Shown here: one piece after another, positions 48,820 through 59,779 of the stretch
Numbering within the stretch: position 1 is the first letter of the stretch
How the letters are laid out: every line of letters starts with the position of its first letter
NCBI GenBank assembly: GCA_951406725.2
Contig: OX597817.1
Coordinates: forward strand, 104,408,001 to 104,472,000
DNA from: Octopus vulgaris
Lineage: Eukaryota
Direction: 5' to 3'
DNA: 64,000 bases
The notes under the pieces: model-generated
The model's database searches: none
Told to the model about the DNA's origin: nothing
Seen by the model: only the letters and a program-made list of their open reading frames with translations
Made by a program: the position numbers and the translations under genes

Positions 48820-51800
48820 ATCATCATATCATATATTTAGCGTCCGTTTTCCATATGGACGGTTCTGTGGGGTCTGTGAAGCCAGAAGGCTTCATCAGGC
48901 CCAGTCAAATCTGGCAGTGTTTCTATGGCTGGATGCCCTTCCTAACGCCAACCACTCCGTGAGTGTAGTGGGTGCTTTTTACGTGCCACCCGCACTGGTG
49001 CCAGCCAGAGCTGGCAAACGGCCACGAACGGATGGTGTTTTTTATGTGCCACCGGCACGAGGGCCAGGCGAGGCTGGCAACGAACACGAAACGGGGCGGT
49101 GCTGGCAACGGTCGCGAAACGGAAGGTTCTCTTACATGCCACCGGCACTGGTAACACATCTGCAATTTCCATTGATCGATTTCCATTGATCGATTTCGAT
49201 TCTGATCCTCACTTGCCTCAATGGGTCTTCACAAGCAGAGTTTCGACATGCCACCGGCACTGGTAGCACATCCGCAATTTCCATTGATCGATTTCGATTC
49301 TGATCCTCACTTGCCTCAACACGTCTTCACAAGTAGAGTTTTGTGTCCCAAGAAGGGAAGGTATGCATACGTAGGCTGGCTCCATCCCATGTAGAAGGCC
49401 ACGGGTTGTGGACTCACTTGTCCTGCCGGGTCTTCTCGCGCACAGCACACTTCCAGAGGTCTCGGTCTCTAGTCATTTCCTCGGTGAGACCTAAAGTTCG
49501 AAGGTCGTGCTTCACCACCTCGTCCCAGGTTTTCCTGGGTCTGCCTCTTCCACAGGTTCCCTCAACCGCTAGGGTGTGGCACTTTTTCACACAACTATCT
49601 TCATCCATTCTCGCCACATGACCATACCAGCGCAAACGTCTCTCTTGCACACCACAACTGATGCTTCTTAGGTCCAGCTTTTCTCTCAAGGTACTTACAC
49701 TCTGCCGAGTGTGAGTACTGGCATTACACATCCATCGGAGCATACTGGCTTCATTTCTAGCGAGCTTACGCATATCCTCAGCAGTCACGGCCCATGTTTC
49801 ACTGCCATGTAGCATGGCTGTTCGTACACACGCATCATACAGTCTGCCTTTCACTCTGTGCGAGAGGCCTTTTGTCACCAGCAGAGGTAAGAGCTCTCTG
49901 AACTTTGCCCAAGCTATTCTTACTCTAGCAGTTACACTTTCAGCACACCCGCCCCCGCTGCTGACTTGGTCACCTAGGTAACGGAAACTATCAACTATTT
50001 CTAGTTTTTCTCCCTGGAAAGTGACAGAAGTTGGTCTCAGAGCATTTTCAGTGTTTATTGTTCCTGAGCATCTGCCACATACAAAAACCATCTTCCTAGT
50101 TAGCCTTCCTTTGACATTGCTGCATCTCTTATGTGTCCATAGCTTACACTTGGTGCATCTTATAGAGTTTCTACCTACACCTTTTCTACAGATCGAGCAG
50201 GGCCATCTACCTGAAGGTGTTTGTGATTTGTCTACCTTCCTACTGATTACGACTTTGGTTTTAGCTAGATTGACTCTGAGGCCCTTCGATTCTAATCCTT
50301 GTTTCCACACCTGAAACTTCTCCTCCAGTTCTGATAGCGACTCAGCAATTAGAGCAAGGTCATCAGCATAGAGGAGCTCCCAAGGGCATCCTGTCTTGAA
50401 TTCCTCCGTTATTGCCTGGAGGACTATGATAAATAGGAGGGGGCTGAGTACTGAGCCTTGGTGGACCCCTACCTCTACCCGGAATTCTTCACTGTACTCA
50501 TTTCCAACCCTCACCCTACTAGCGGCGTCCCTATACATGGCCCGCACAGCTCTCACTAACCATTCATCTATCCCTAGTTTTCTCATTGCCCACCAGATAA
50601 GGGATCGGGGGACCCTGTCGAAGGCTTTCTCCATGTCAACAAAAGCCAGGTACAGGGGCTTATCTTTGGCTAGGTATTTCTCCTGCAGCTGCCTTACCAG
50701 GAATATAGCATCAGTAGTACTTTTCCCTGGCACAAACCCAAACTGCATCTCATCTAAACTAACTCTCTCTCTAATTAGTTGGGCTATGACCCTCTCCGTA
50801 ACCTTCATCACCTGGTCCAACAGCTTGATACCTCTGTAGTTGTTTGTATCTAGGGCATCACCTTTACCTTTGTAGCAGTTGACTATTATACTGCTACACC
50901 AGTCATTGGGTATGACCCCTTTGTGTATCACCTGATTAACTATATGGGTGACTAGGCTATAGCCGACACTACCAGACATTTTGAGCATCTCTGCAGTGAT
51001 TCCTGATGGGCCTGGGGCTTTCCCTGTCTTCATGCTTCTAATTGCCTTAGCTACCACAGAACTATCAACTCGGATAGCTGGTCCCTCTGTTGGGTCAACA
51101 TTCGGCAGACTCTCTTTATCCCATTCATTTTCTTCATTCAGCAACCTTTCATAGTGGCATCTCCAAACCTCTCTCTTTGCATCCTCATTTAGCGCAAGTG
51201 AACCATCTTCCATGCGAACACACTTCTCTCCTACCACATCACGATTCTCTCTCACACACTGTCTTGCAACACGAAACACCTCCAGTCTTTGGTCCTCACG
51301 GCGCAGAACATTGGCAAATTTTTTCTTATCTGCTTCCCCTCTGGCTAAATAAACCTGTCTCCTAGCTTCTCTTTTGGCAGTCTGATACAATTCCCTGCTA
51401 CCCCCATTTTTCCAGACCTTCCAAGCCTGTCTCTTTTCTCTAATAGCCCTGTCTACAATATTGTTCCACCACCACGTTATTCTAGGTCGAGAGGGGACTT
51501 TGCACCAGCCACAGATCTGGTCAGTGGCTCTCAGCAGGTTGTCCCTTAGAAACGTCCAGCTGTCTTCTACCCCCTGTGATGCTCTATCCCCTTCTACTTC
51601 GTCAGAGGCTTCAAGTAACATGTCTCTAAATCTCTGTCCATTTGCAGGATCTTTAAGCTTCCAGATCCTTCTTCTCCATATTTGTCGTCTTCTGGTTGTC
51701 CTCCTAGTCCTGATCCTAAAGTCACTAACTACCAGTCTATGTTGTGGGGTACATTCTTCACCTGGGAAGGTTTTGGCATTTATAAGCAGCCATCTCTCCC

Positions 51801-52440
51801 TTTGCCTTGTAAGGATGTAGTCAATTTGGCTGGTATGTTGGCCCGATTGGTAAGTGACTAGGTGGCTGGTAGGTTTCCTGAAGTTAGTGTTGCAAATCAT
51901 AAGATTATTTGCATCGCAGAACTCCAGCAGCCTGGTTCCCTCCTCGTTGCGGGAGCCATAGCCGTAGCCTCCATGTACGCCATGGAAGCCCCCAGCATGT
52001 CGTCCAACGTGACCATTGAAGTCACCAGCCACAAAGATAAGGTCTCTGTCGTTCGTCAATGAGGTAGTCTGCAGTAGAGTGTCATAGAATCGGTCTTTCT
52101 GTCCATCGGGTAGCCCCGACTGAGGAGCATAGGCTGATATAATGGTTGCTAAACTATGATGAAGCACTAATCTAATCTTAAGTATTCTGTCACTTACTCT
52201 GATTACCTCAATTACTTTATCTACCCATTTCTCAGCGATAAGTATACCCACGCCACCAACCCCGTCAGTATTCCCTGCCCAGAAAATCTTGTACCTGCGT
52301 TCCTTGCCTGTGAGGAACCTAGCTGATCCTCCTCTCCACCTTATTTCTTGCATGCAACATATATCCACACATCTCCGTTCAAGCATCTCGACTATCTCAC
52401 CAGACCTACCTTTCAGAGTGCCAACGTTGAGGGTGCCAAC
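48820..52440 (-). mobile_element. Young RTE-clade LINE lacking only its 5' UTR and leader, inserted in (TA)n
   Basis: Uninterrupted ORF plus modular 3' UTR with a roughly 110-bp duplication (49130-49335) and an ATGA-type tail. Both flanks are TA microsatellite. Confidence 0.97.
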
Positions 52441-52443
52441 CAT
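49414..52443 (-). CDS. RTE LINE polyprotein: APE endonuclease, reverse transcriptase and inserted PHD finger (1009 aa)
   Basis: GTLNV, MQEIRW, YAPQ, GDFNGH, SQIDY, QHRLV (endonuclease). YRGIKLL, QFGF, FVDMEKAFD, GVHQGSVLSPLLF, YADD, FRYLG (RT). C4HC3 finger at 50068-50205. Confidence 0.97.
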   Translation of the reverse strand: MVGTLNVGTLKGRSGEIVEMLERRCVDICCMQEIRWRGGSARFLTGKERRYKIFWAGNTDGVGGVGILIAEKWVDKVIEVIRVSDRILKIRLVLHHSLATIISAYAPQSGLPDGQKDRFYDTLLQTTSLTNDRDLIFVAGDFNGHVGRHAGGFHGVHGGYGYGSRNEEGTRLLEFCDANNLMICNTNFRKPTSHLVTYQSGQHTSQIDYILTRQRERWLLINAKTFPGEECTPQHRLVVSDFRIRTRRTTRRRQIWRRRIWKLKDPANGQRFRDMLLEASDEVEGDRASQGVEDSWTFLRDNLLRATDQICGWCKVPSRPRITWWWNNIVDRAIREKRQAWKVWKNGGSRELYQTAKREARRQVYLARGEADKKKFANVLRREDQRLEVFRVARQCVRENRDVVGEKCVRMEDGSLALNEDAKREVWRCHYERLLNEENEWDKESLPNVDPTEGPAIRVDSSVVAKAIRSMKTGKAPGPSGITAEMLKMSGSVGYSLVTHIVNQVIHKGVIPNDWCSSIIVNCYKGKGDALDTNNYRGIKLLDQVMKVTERVIAQLIRERVSLDEMQFGFVPGKSTTDAIFLVRQLQEKYLAKDKPLYLAFVDMEKAFDRVPRSLIWWAMRKLGIDEWLVRAVRAMYRDAASRVRVGNEYSEEFRVEVGVHQGSVLSPLLFIIVLQAITEEFKTGCPWELLYADDLALIAESLSELEEKFQVWKQGLESKGLRVNLAKTKVVISRKVDKSQTPSGRWPCSICRKGVGRNSIRCTKCKLWTHKRCSNVKGRLTRKMVFVCGRCSGTINTENALRPTSVTFQGEKLEIVDSFRYLGDQVSSGGGCAESVTARVRIAWAKFRELLPLLVTKGLSHRVKGRLYDACVRTAMLHGSETWAVTAEDMRKLARNEASMLRWMCNASTHTRQSVSTLREKLDLRSISCGVQERRLRWYGHVARMDEDSCVKKCHTLAVEGTCGRGRPRKTWDEVVKHDLRTLGLTEEMTRDRDLWKCAVREKTRQDK

Positions 52444-52460
52444 ATATATATATATATTTA

Positions 52461-53857
52461 TCTTGGGAGCTCCTCTATGCTCATGACCTGGCCCTCATAG
52501 CAGAATCACTACCAGAACTAGAGAAGAAATTTCGGGTGTGGAAGCAAGGTTTAGAATCAAAAGGCCTTAGAGTCAATGTAGCAAAGACCAAAGTTTTAGT
52601 AAGTAGGAAAGTGAACTCATCACACACACCCTCAGGTAGGTGGCCCTGCTCAATCTGTTGAAAAGGTGTAGGTAGAAACTCCATAAGATGTACCAAGTGT
52701 AAGCTATGGACACATAAGAGATACAGCAACATCAAAGGAAGATTAACTGAGAAGATAGCTTTCATGTACAGCAGATGCATAGGGGTAATAAAAACCACAG
52801 ATGCTCAGAAAACAGATACCATCACACTCCAGGGGAAGAAACTAGAAGTAGTTGATAGCTACCACTACCTAGGTCACCAAGTTAGTAGTGGGGGTGGATG
52901 TCTGAGAGTGTTACCACTAGAATAAGAATAGCCTGGGCAAAGTTTAGAAAGGTTCTACCCCTACTGGTGACAAAGGGCCTCTCATTCAGAGTGAAAGGTA
53001 GATTGTACGATGCATGTGTGCGAACTGCCATGCTTCATGGCAGTGAAACATGGGCCGTGACTGCTGAGGACATGCGTAGGCTCAAAAGAAATGAAGCTAG
53101 CATGATCTGCTGGATGTGTAATGTCAGTGTGCATACATGACAGTGTAAGCACCCTGAGAGAAATGTTGGACGAAGCATTGGATGTGGCATGCAAGAGAGA
53201 TGTTTGTGCTGGTATGGTCATGTACTACAGATGGATGAGGAGATCTGTGTGAAGAAGTGCCACTCCCAAACAGTTGAAGGAATCCGGGGTAGAGGTAGAC
53301 CCAGGAAGACATCGGATAAGGTAGTGAAGCATGACCTTTGAACATTGGGCCTCACAGAGGTAATGCTAAAAGACCAAAACCTCTGGAGATATGCTGTGAC
53401 TACAAAGACCCGGCAAATAAAGTGAGTTCATGGCTGTATCCCTACACCAGTTTCACATAACCAGCCCCAGCCCATTCAAAAGTACCTTGGATGATAGGGC
53501 GACCTGCTGTGCTCAACATCAAAATGAAAACCAAATGGAAATTGTAATTGTGATACAGTTACCGGTGACATATAAAAAGCACCATCCAAATGTGGCCAAT
53601 GCCAGTGCTGCTTTGACTGGCTTCCGTGCCGGCAGCATGTAAAAAGTATCAACCAATCATGGCCGTTGCCAGCCTCCCCTGGACCCTGTGCCGGTGGCAC
53701 ATAAAAAGCTCCCACTACACTCACAGAATGGTTGGCATTAGGAAGGGCATCCAGCTGTAGCAACACTGCCAGATCAGACTGGAGCCAGGTGCAGCCTCTT
53801 GGCTTCCCAGACCACAGTCGAACCGTCCAACCCATGATAGCATGGAAAACGGACATT
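52461..53857 (+). mobile_element. Older 5'-truncated RTE copy, head to head with the intact one
   Basis: Starts at WELLYAHDLAL, contains stops and indels, and runs through the 3' UTR to GAAAACGGACATTA. Confidence 0.92.
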
Positions 53858-53890
53858 AGGGTTAGTAGCATGTGCTTTTAACCACTACAC

Positions 53891-56800
53891 CAAGGTAATT
53901 GAGGTAGTCAGAGTATGCAACAGAATACTTAAGATTAGATTAGTGCTTCATCATGGGTTAGCAACCATTATCTCGGCCTATGCCCCTCAGCCGGGGCTAC
54001 CCAATGAACAGAAAGACCAATTCTATCACACCCTTTTGCAGACTACTGCATTGACGAATTACAGTTAGTAATTCTCTTTGTGGATGGTGACTTCAATGGA
54101 CGTGTTGGACAACATGCCGGGGCCTTCCATGGTGGCTATGGTTTGGGCTCCTGCAATGAGGAGGGAACCAAGCTGCTGGAGTTCTGCAATGTAAATGATC
54201 TTATGGTTTGCAATACTAACTTCAGAAAACCTGCCAGTCACCTAGTCACCTACTGTTCTGGCAGACACACTAGCCAAATTGACTATATCCTTACCAGAAA
54301 AAGGGAAAGATGACTGCTTATAAATGCCAAAACCTTCCCAGGCAAAGAATATACCCCACAACATGGACTGGTAGTTAGTGACTTCAGGATCAGGGCTAAG
54401 TGGATGCCCAGAAGACGACCAGTATGAAGGAGAAGGGTCTGGAAGCTTAAAGATCCTGCCAATGGACAGAGATTTAGAGACGTATTACTTGAAGTCTTTG
54501 ACAAAATAGCAGGGGATATAGCTTCACACAATGTAGAAGACAACTGGAGGTTTCTACTGAACAATCTGCTAGGGACAACTGACCAGATCTGTGGATGGTG
54601 CAAAGTCCCCTCTCGACCCAAAATAACATGGTGGTGGAACAATGTTGTTGACAGGGCTATTAGAGAAAAGAAACAGGCTTGGAAGGACTGGAAGAATGGT
54701 GGTAGCAGGGAATTGTATGAGACTGCCAGAAGGGAAGCTAGGAGGCAGGTTTATTTACCCAGAGAGGAAGCAGATAAGAAAAAATTTGCCATTGTTCTGT
54801 GCCATGAGGACCAAAGACTTGAGGTATTTTGTTTTGCAAGACAGTGTGTGAGAGAGAATTGTGATGTTGTAGGAGAGAAATGTGTTTGCATGGATGATGG
54901 TTCACTTGCACTAGACGAGGCTGCAAAGAGAGAGGTTTGGAGACGCCACTATGAAAGGTTACCAAATAAAGTAAATGAATGGGAGAAAGAGAGTCTGCCA
55001 AATGTCGACCCATCAGAGGGACCTGCTGTCCGAGTTGACAGTACCTTGGTAGATAAAGCAATTAAGAGTATGAAGACAGGGAAAGCCCCCGGCCCATCAG
55101 GAATCACTGCAGAGATGCTCAAAATATCTGACAGTGTTGGCTATAGTCTAGTCACCTGTATAGTTAACCAGGTGATACACGAAGGAGTCATACCCAATGA
55201 CTGGTGTAGCAGCACTGTAGTCAACTGCTACAAAGGAAAAGGTGACGCTTTAGATACAAATAATTACAGAGGTATCAAGTTGTTAGATCAGGTAATGAAG
55301 TTTCACGGAGAGAGTCATAGCCCAAATAATTAGGGAGAGAGTCAGTTTAGATGAGATGCAGTTTGGGTTCGTGCCAGGGAAAAGCTCCGCTGATGCTATA
55401 TTTCTGGTAAGACAGCTGCAGGAGAAATACCTGGCCAAAGATAGACCTCTGTACCTGGCTTTTGTTGATATAGAGAAAGCCTTTGACAGGGTCCCCAGAT
55501 CCCTTATCTGGTGGTCAATGAGGAAACTAGGGATAGATGAATGGCTGGTGAGGGCTGTGCAAGCCATGTACAGGGATGCCGTAAGTAAGGTTAGGGTTGG
55601 CAACATGTACACAGAAGAATTCAAAGTAGAGGTTGGGGTCCACCAGGGTTCAGTACTTAGCCCCCTCCTATTTATCATAGTCCTCCAGGCAATTACGGAG
55701 GAATTCAAGACAGGTTGCCCCTGGGAGCTCCTCTATGCTGACGACCTTGCTCTAATTGCTGAGTCACTATCAGAACTGGAGGAGAAGTTCCAGGTGTGGA
55801 AGGAGGGTTTAGAATCGAGGAGCCTTAGAGTCAACCTAGCTAAAACCAAAGTCCTAATAAGTAGGAAGGCAGGAAAACCATAAATCCCGTCAGGTAGATG
55901 GCCCTGCTCAATCTGTAGAAAAAGTGTAGGTAGAAACTCTATAACATGTACCCAGTGTAAGCTATGGACACATAAGAGGTGCAGCAATATCAAAGGAAGG
56001 CTAACTGGGAAGATAGTTTTTGTATGTGGCAGATTCTCAGGAGCAATAAACACTGAAAATATGTAGAGAACAACTTCTGCCACCTTCCAGGGAGAAAAAC
56101 TAGAAGTAGTTAATAGCTTCTGTTACCTAGGCAACCAAGTCAGTAGTGGGGGAGGGTGCGCTGAAAGTGTAGCTGCTAGAATAAGAATAGCCTGGGCAAA
56201 GTTTAGAGAGCTCTTACCTCTGCTGGTGACAAAGGGTCTCTCACTCAGAGTAAAAGGTAGACTGTATGATGCATGTGTATGAACAGTCATGCTCCATGGC
56301 AGTGAAACATGGGCCATGACTGCTGAGGACATGCATAAGCTTGCAAGAAATGAAGCCAGTATGATCCGATGGATGTGTAATGTCAGTGTGCTTACTCGAT
56401 AGACTGTAAATACCTTGAGAGAAAAGTTGGACCTAAGAAGCATCAGATGTAGTGTGAAAGAGAGACGACTACACTGGTATGGTCATGTGTTGAGAATGGA
56501 TGAGGATAGCTGTATGAAAATGTACCACACCCTAGTGGTTGAGGGAATCTATGGAAGAGGTAGACCCAGGAAGACCTGGGATGAAGTGGTGACGCACAAA
56601 CTTCGAACATTAAGCCTCACTGATGCAATGACTATTGACCGAGACTTTTGGAAATATGCTGTGCTTGAGAAGACCCAGCAAGCCAAATGAGACCATAACC
56701 TTGTGGCCTATGCCAGGGGTGTAACCAGCCCACTTATTAGTACCTTCCCTTCATTGGACGCTGCTTGCAAATACCTGTTGAGGCAAGTGAAATCGAAATC

Positions 56801-57184
56801 AAATTTGATGACAGGCATCCATGCTAGTGGAGCACTAAGAGCACCATCAGAGCAGCTAACTGGCATCTGTGCTAGTGACACGTAAAAAGCGCCATTCGAG
56901 CGTGATCGTTACCAGCATCGCCTTACTGGTACTTGTGCCAGCGTGCAGGTAGCACATAAAAAAAAAAGACTATTTGGGTGTGGCCGTTGCCAATACCACT
57001 TGACTGGTCCTCGTTTCTGTGGCACGTAAAAGCATCCACTACACTCTCTGAATGGTTGGCGTTAGGAAGGGCATCCAGCTGTAGAAACTCTGCCAGATCA
57101 AGATTGGAGCCTGGTTCGCCAGTCCTCAGTCAAATCGTCCAACCCATGTTAGCATCGAAAGCGGATGTTAAATGATGATGATGA
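53891..57184 (+). mobile_element. Near-full-length disrupted RTE copy
   Basis: From KVIEVVRV (endonuclease) through RT (YADD), PHD and 3' UTR to the (GAT)n tail, with several stops and frameshifts. Confidence 0.95.
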
Positions 57185-57243
57185 TATATATTATACATAT
57201 AAAAATGTATATTACATATATATATAAATATATATATTCTACA

Positions 57244-57619
57244 TCTCTCTCTATATAAACGGCAGTTTGTCTGTGCGTGATTCTGTGTGTCTGTTTGCTT
57301 GTACCCTCACCCTGACCACGGCTTTCAACCGATTCTGATGAAACTTGACACACACACATAGCCCAATGTCATAATTCAAAACTAACGCAGCGAAAATGTT
57401 GAAAAGTTCCCCCAGTTCTGAAAAAAATCGATAAATTCGACATGGCGTCGAGAATCAGAAACACGAACCACAAACTGTCTAGGGGACGCAACTCCACCTT
57501 TTTTAAATCTCAAAAAAAAATTTACCATCATGTTTTTCCATTTTTTGGCTATAACTCTCTAAAAATGCTTTATAGTTATTTCCCTTACAAACCCGAGCAA
57601 CGCCGGGCGATACTGCTAG
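57244..57619 (+). mobile_element. Non-autonomous Helitron
   Basis: a|TCTCTCTCTATATAAA ... CCCGAGCAACGCCGGGCGATACTGCTAG|t, with the same 3' end as 32066-32579. Confidence 0.9.
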
Positions 57620-57713
57620 TATATATATATGTTATACATATAATATATATATTATACATATAAAATTATGTATTACATATATATTATACATAAAATATAT
57701 ATATTATGTATTT

Positions 57714-57751
<38 letters not shown>

Positions 57752-57754
<3 letters not shown>

Positions 57755-57895
57755 TGTACATTATTTTACATTCGACAGATATTTGTACTCATCTTGTTTG
57801 TTGTTAACACGTTTTGGCTGATATACCTTCTAGCCTTCATCAGGTGTCTTGGGGAAATTTTGAACCTAGGTTCTTGTTCCTAAGGTATTTTTCGA

Positions 57896-57929
<34 letters not shown>

Positions 57930-58370
57930 GTTATTGTTTAGGTTACTGTTTGGAATCAAACTTGGAATCTTGGGGTTAGTAGCCACTACGCCATATGTCC
58001 ATGGGCATATGGCATAGTCTGTCGAATGTAAATAGTATAAATAATGTATATAATTCCTCATTCTCTTAAATATAGAACTATATAGAACTATATATCATGG
58101 TTCTGTATTTGAGAGATGAGGAATTATGTACATTAATTACAATTGACGGATATTTCTCCTCGTCTTCCTTGTTGTTAATACAACGTTTCAGCTGATATAC
58201 CTTCCAGCTTTCATCAGGTATCTTGTAGAAATTTTGAACCTGGGTTCTCATTCCTAAGGTATTTTTTGATGTCGTCATCATCATCATTATTGTTCAGGTC
58301 ACTGCCTGGAGTCAAACTCAGAATCTTGGGGTTAGTAGTGTGTGCTCTTAACCACTATGCCATATGCCCA
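57752..58370 (-). mobile_element. tRNA-headed, hammerhead-containing short retroelement (two minus-strand copies and an inverted, internally deleted copy)
   Basis: Head GGGCATATGGC(G/A)TAGTGG..GTTTGA(T/C)TCC, (AAT)/(GAT) microsatellite, then CTGATGA..GAAAC core and an AT-rich tail. Confidence 0.7.
58177..58222 (-). ncRNA. Minimal type I hammerhead ribozyme motif
   Basis: gatac CTGATGA a agctg gaaggtatat cagct GAAA cg TT gtatt: stem I gatac/gtatt, stem II agctg/cagct, palindromic ACGT stem III. Confidence 0.65.
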
Positions 58371-59450
58371 TAGCCTCCATGTTTGCCATGGAAGCTCCCT
58401 GCATATTGTCCAACATGTCCACTGAAGTCACCAGCCACAAAAAGAAGGTCCCTGTCATTCATCAATGAGGTAGTCAGCAAGAGGGCATCATAAAATCAGT
58501 GTTTCTGTCCATCAGGTAGCCCCAGCTGAGGAGCATAGGCCAAGATAATGGCTGCTAACCCATGTTGCAGCACTAACCTTATCTTAAGTATTCTATCACA
58601 GACTCTGACTACCTCGATTGCCTTATCAACCCATTTCTCCACAAGAAGTATACCCACGACCCAGACCCTGTCAGTGTTCCCTGCCCAGAAAATCTTGTAC
58701 CTATGTTCTTTGCCTGTGAGGAACCTAGCAGAACCTCCTCTCCACCTTCTTGGATGCTGCACAAATCTACATGTCTCCATTCAAGTATCTCAACAATCTC
58801 ACCAGGCCTACCTTTTAGTGTTCCCACATTGAGTGTGCCAACTCTGAGGATGTAGGAGATGTGGGCCCGTGAGACCTTGGGATGGGGGACAGCAGTGTCA
58901 TGTACCTGAAAAGAAAGCTCACATTTGGCAGAATTCATAAACAAACAATAGCCTTCAACCTTCAGACATTACACCATCATTTTTATGCACTATATGATCA
59001 CTACCTTACATAGGAGATAAAACCCTAAGTAGGGGTGGAGATGGCATTAAGCCTTTAGAAGTGTTCATGGGAGACATCCGAAAGATGTCAGAGGATAGAG
59101 ACTTCCGGTACAGGTGGTGGGGTAGGAGGGCCTAGGTACCGCGAAACAGCAACTGCTGGTGTCAGGGAATAACATGATAATAGTGAGATAGATTTGAAAA
59201 TCTTAGAGTTTTCGGTCAGCTAATCTGTGACAAAATTAGAGAAATGAATAAGTAATAATGTGACAAAATTAAATAAATGGATGAATAAGTGATGATAGTA
59301 AATGCGCATGAAAGAGAGAGAATTGGATCGAGCGAAGGGAACTTAAGTTTGTTTTTAAAACATAACAGCGTGGAAAATGAAACTATGTGTATATAGGTAA
59401 TGAAATAGATAGAATAATGAAAAGAACTAATAAGGGGATTATGATCTGCG
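58371..59450 (-). mobile_element. RTE LINE 5' fragment (leader/5' UTR and start of endonuclease)
   Basis: ...HPKVSRAHISYILRVGTLNVGTLKGR through AGDFSGHVG..HGGY. The upstream boundary is approximate. Confidence 0.85.
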
Positions 59451-59497
59451 TAGAAAGAGAGGTGTTAGTTATATAATATATATATATATATTATATA

Positions 59498-59546
<49 letters not shown>

Positions 59547-59779
59547 GGCACGACATATATCCAGCTTGAGTTCACTGCTGAAAAAGCTAACTATGAAGAC
59601 CATGATTTGAAATAAAAAAGTCTATTGTGAGGCCTGTAAAGTTATTTTCACTGAGGCAGGGAAAATGAGAGAGACTAAGGGAAAGTGAAAGTGTACATAC
59701 ACACACATAGGTATATGTATAAACACATATGTAATTTATGAAACATAAATACTTCTATAAAATATTGTCATGGCACACT

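Noticed and set aside
47944-48827. Multiple His/Thr or Cys/Val-rich ORFs
   Set aside because: Translations of degenerate CA/TA microsatellites.
58950-59200. HDV-like ribozyme in the RTE 5' UTR
   Set aside because: Only a simple hairpin (GACATCTTTCGGATGTC) was found. I could not trace a nested double pseudoknot by eye.
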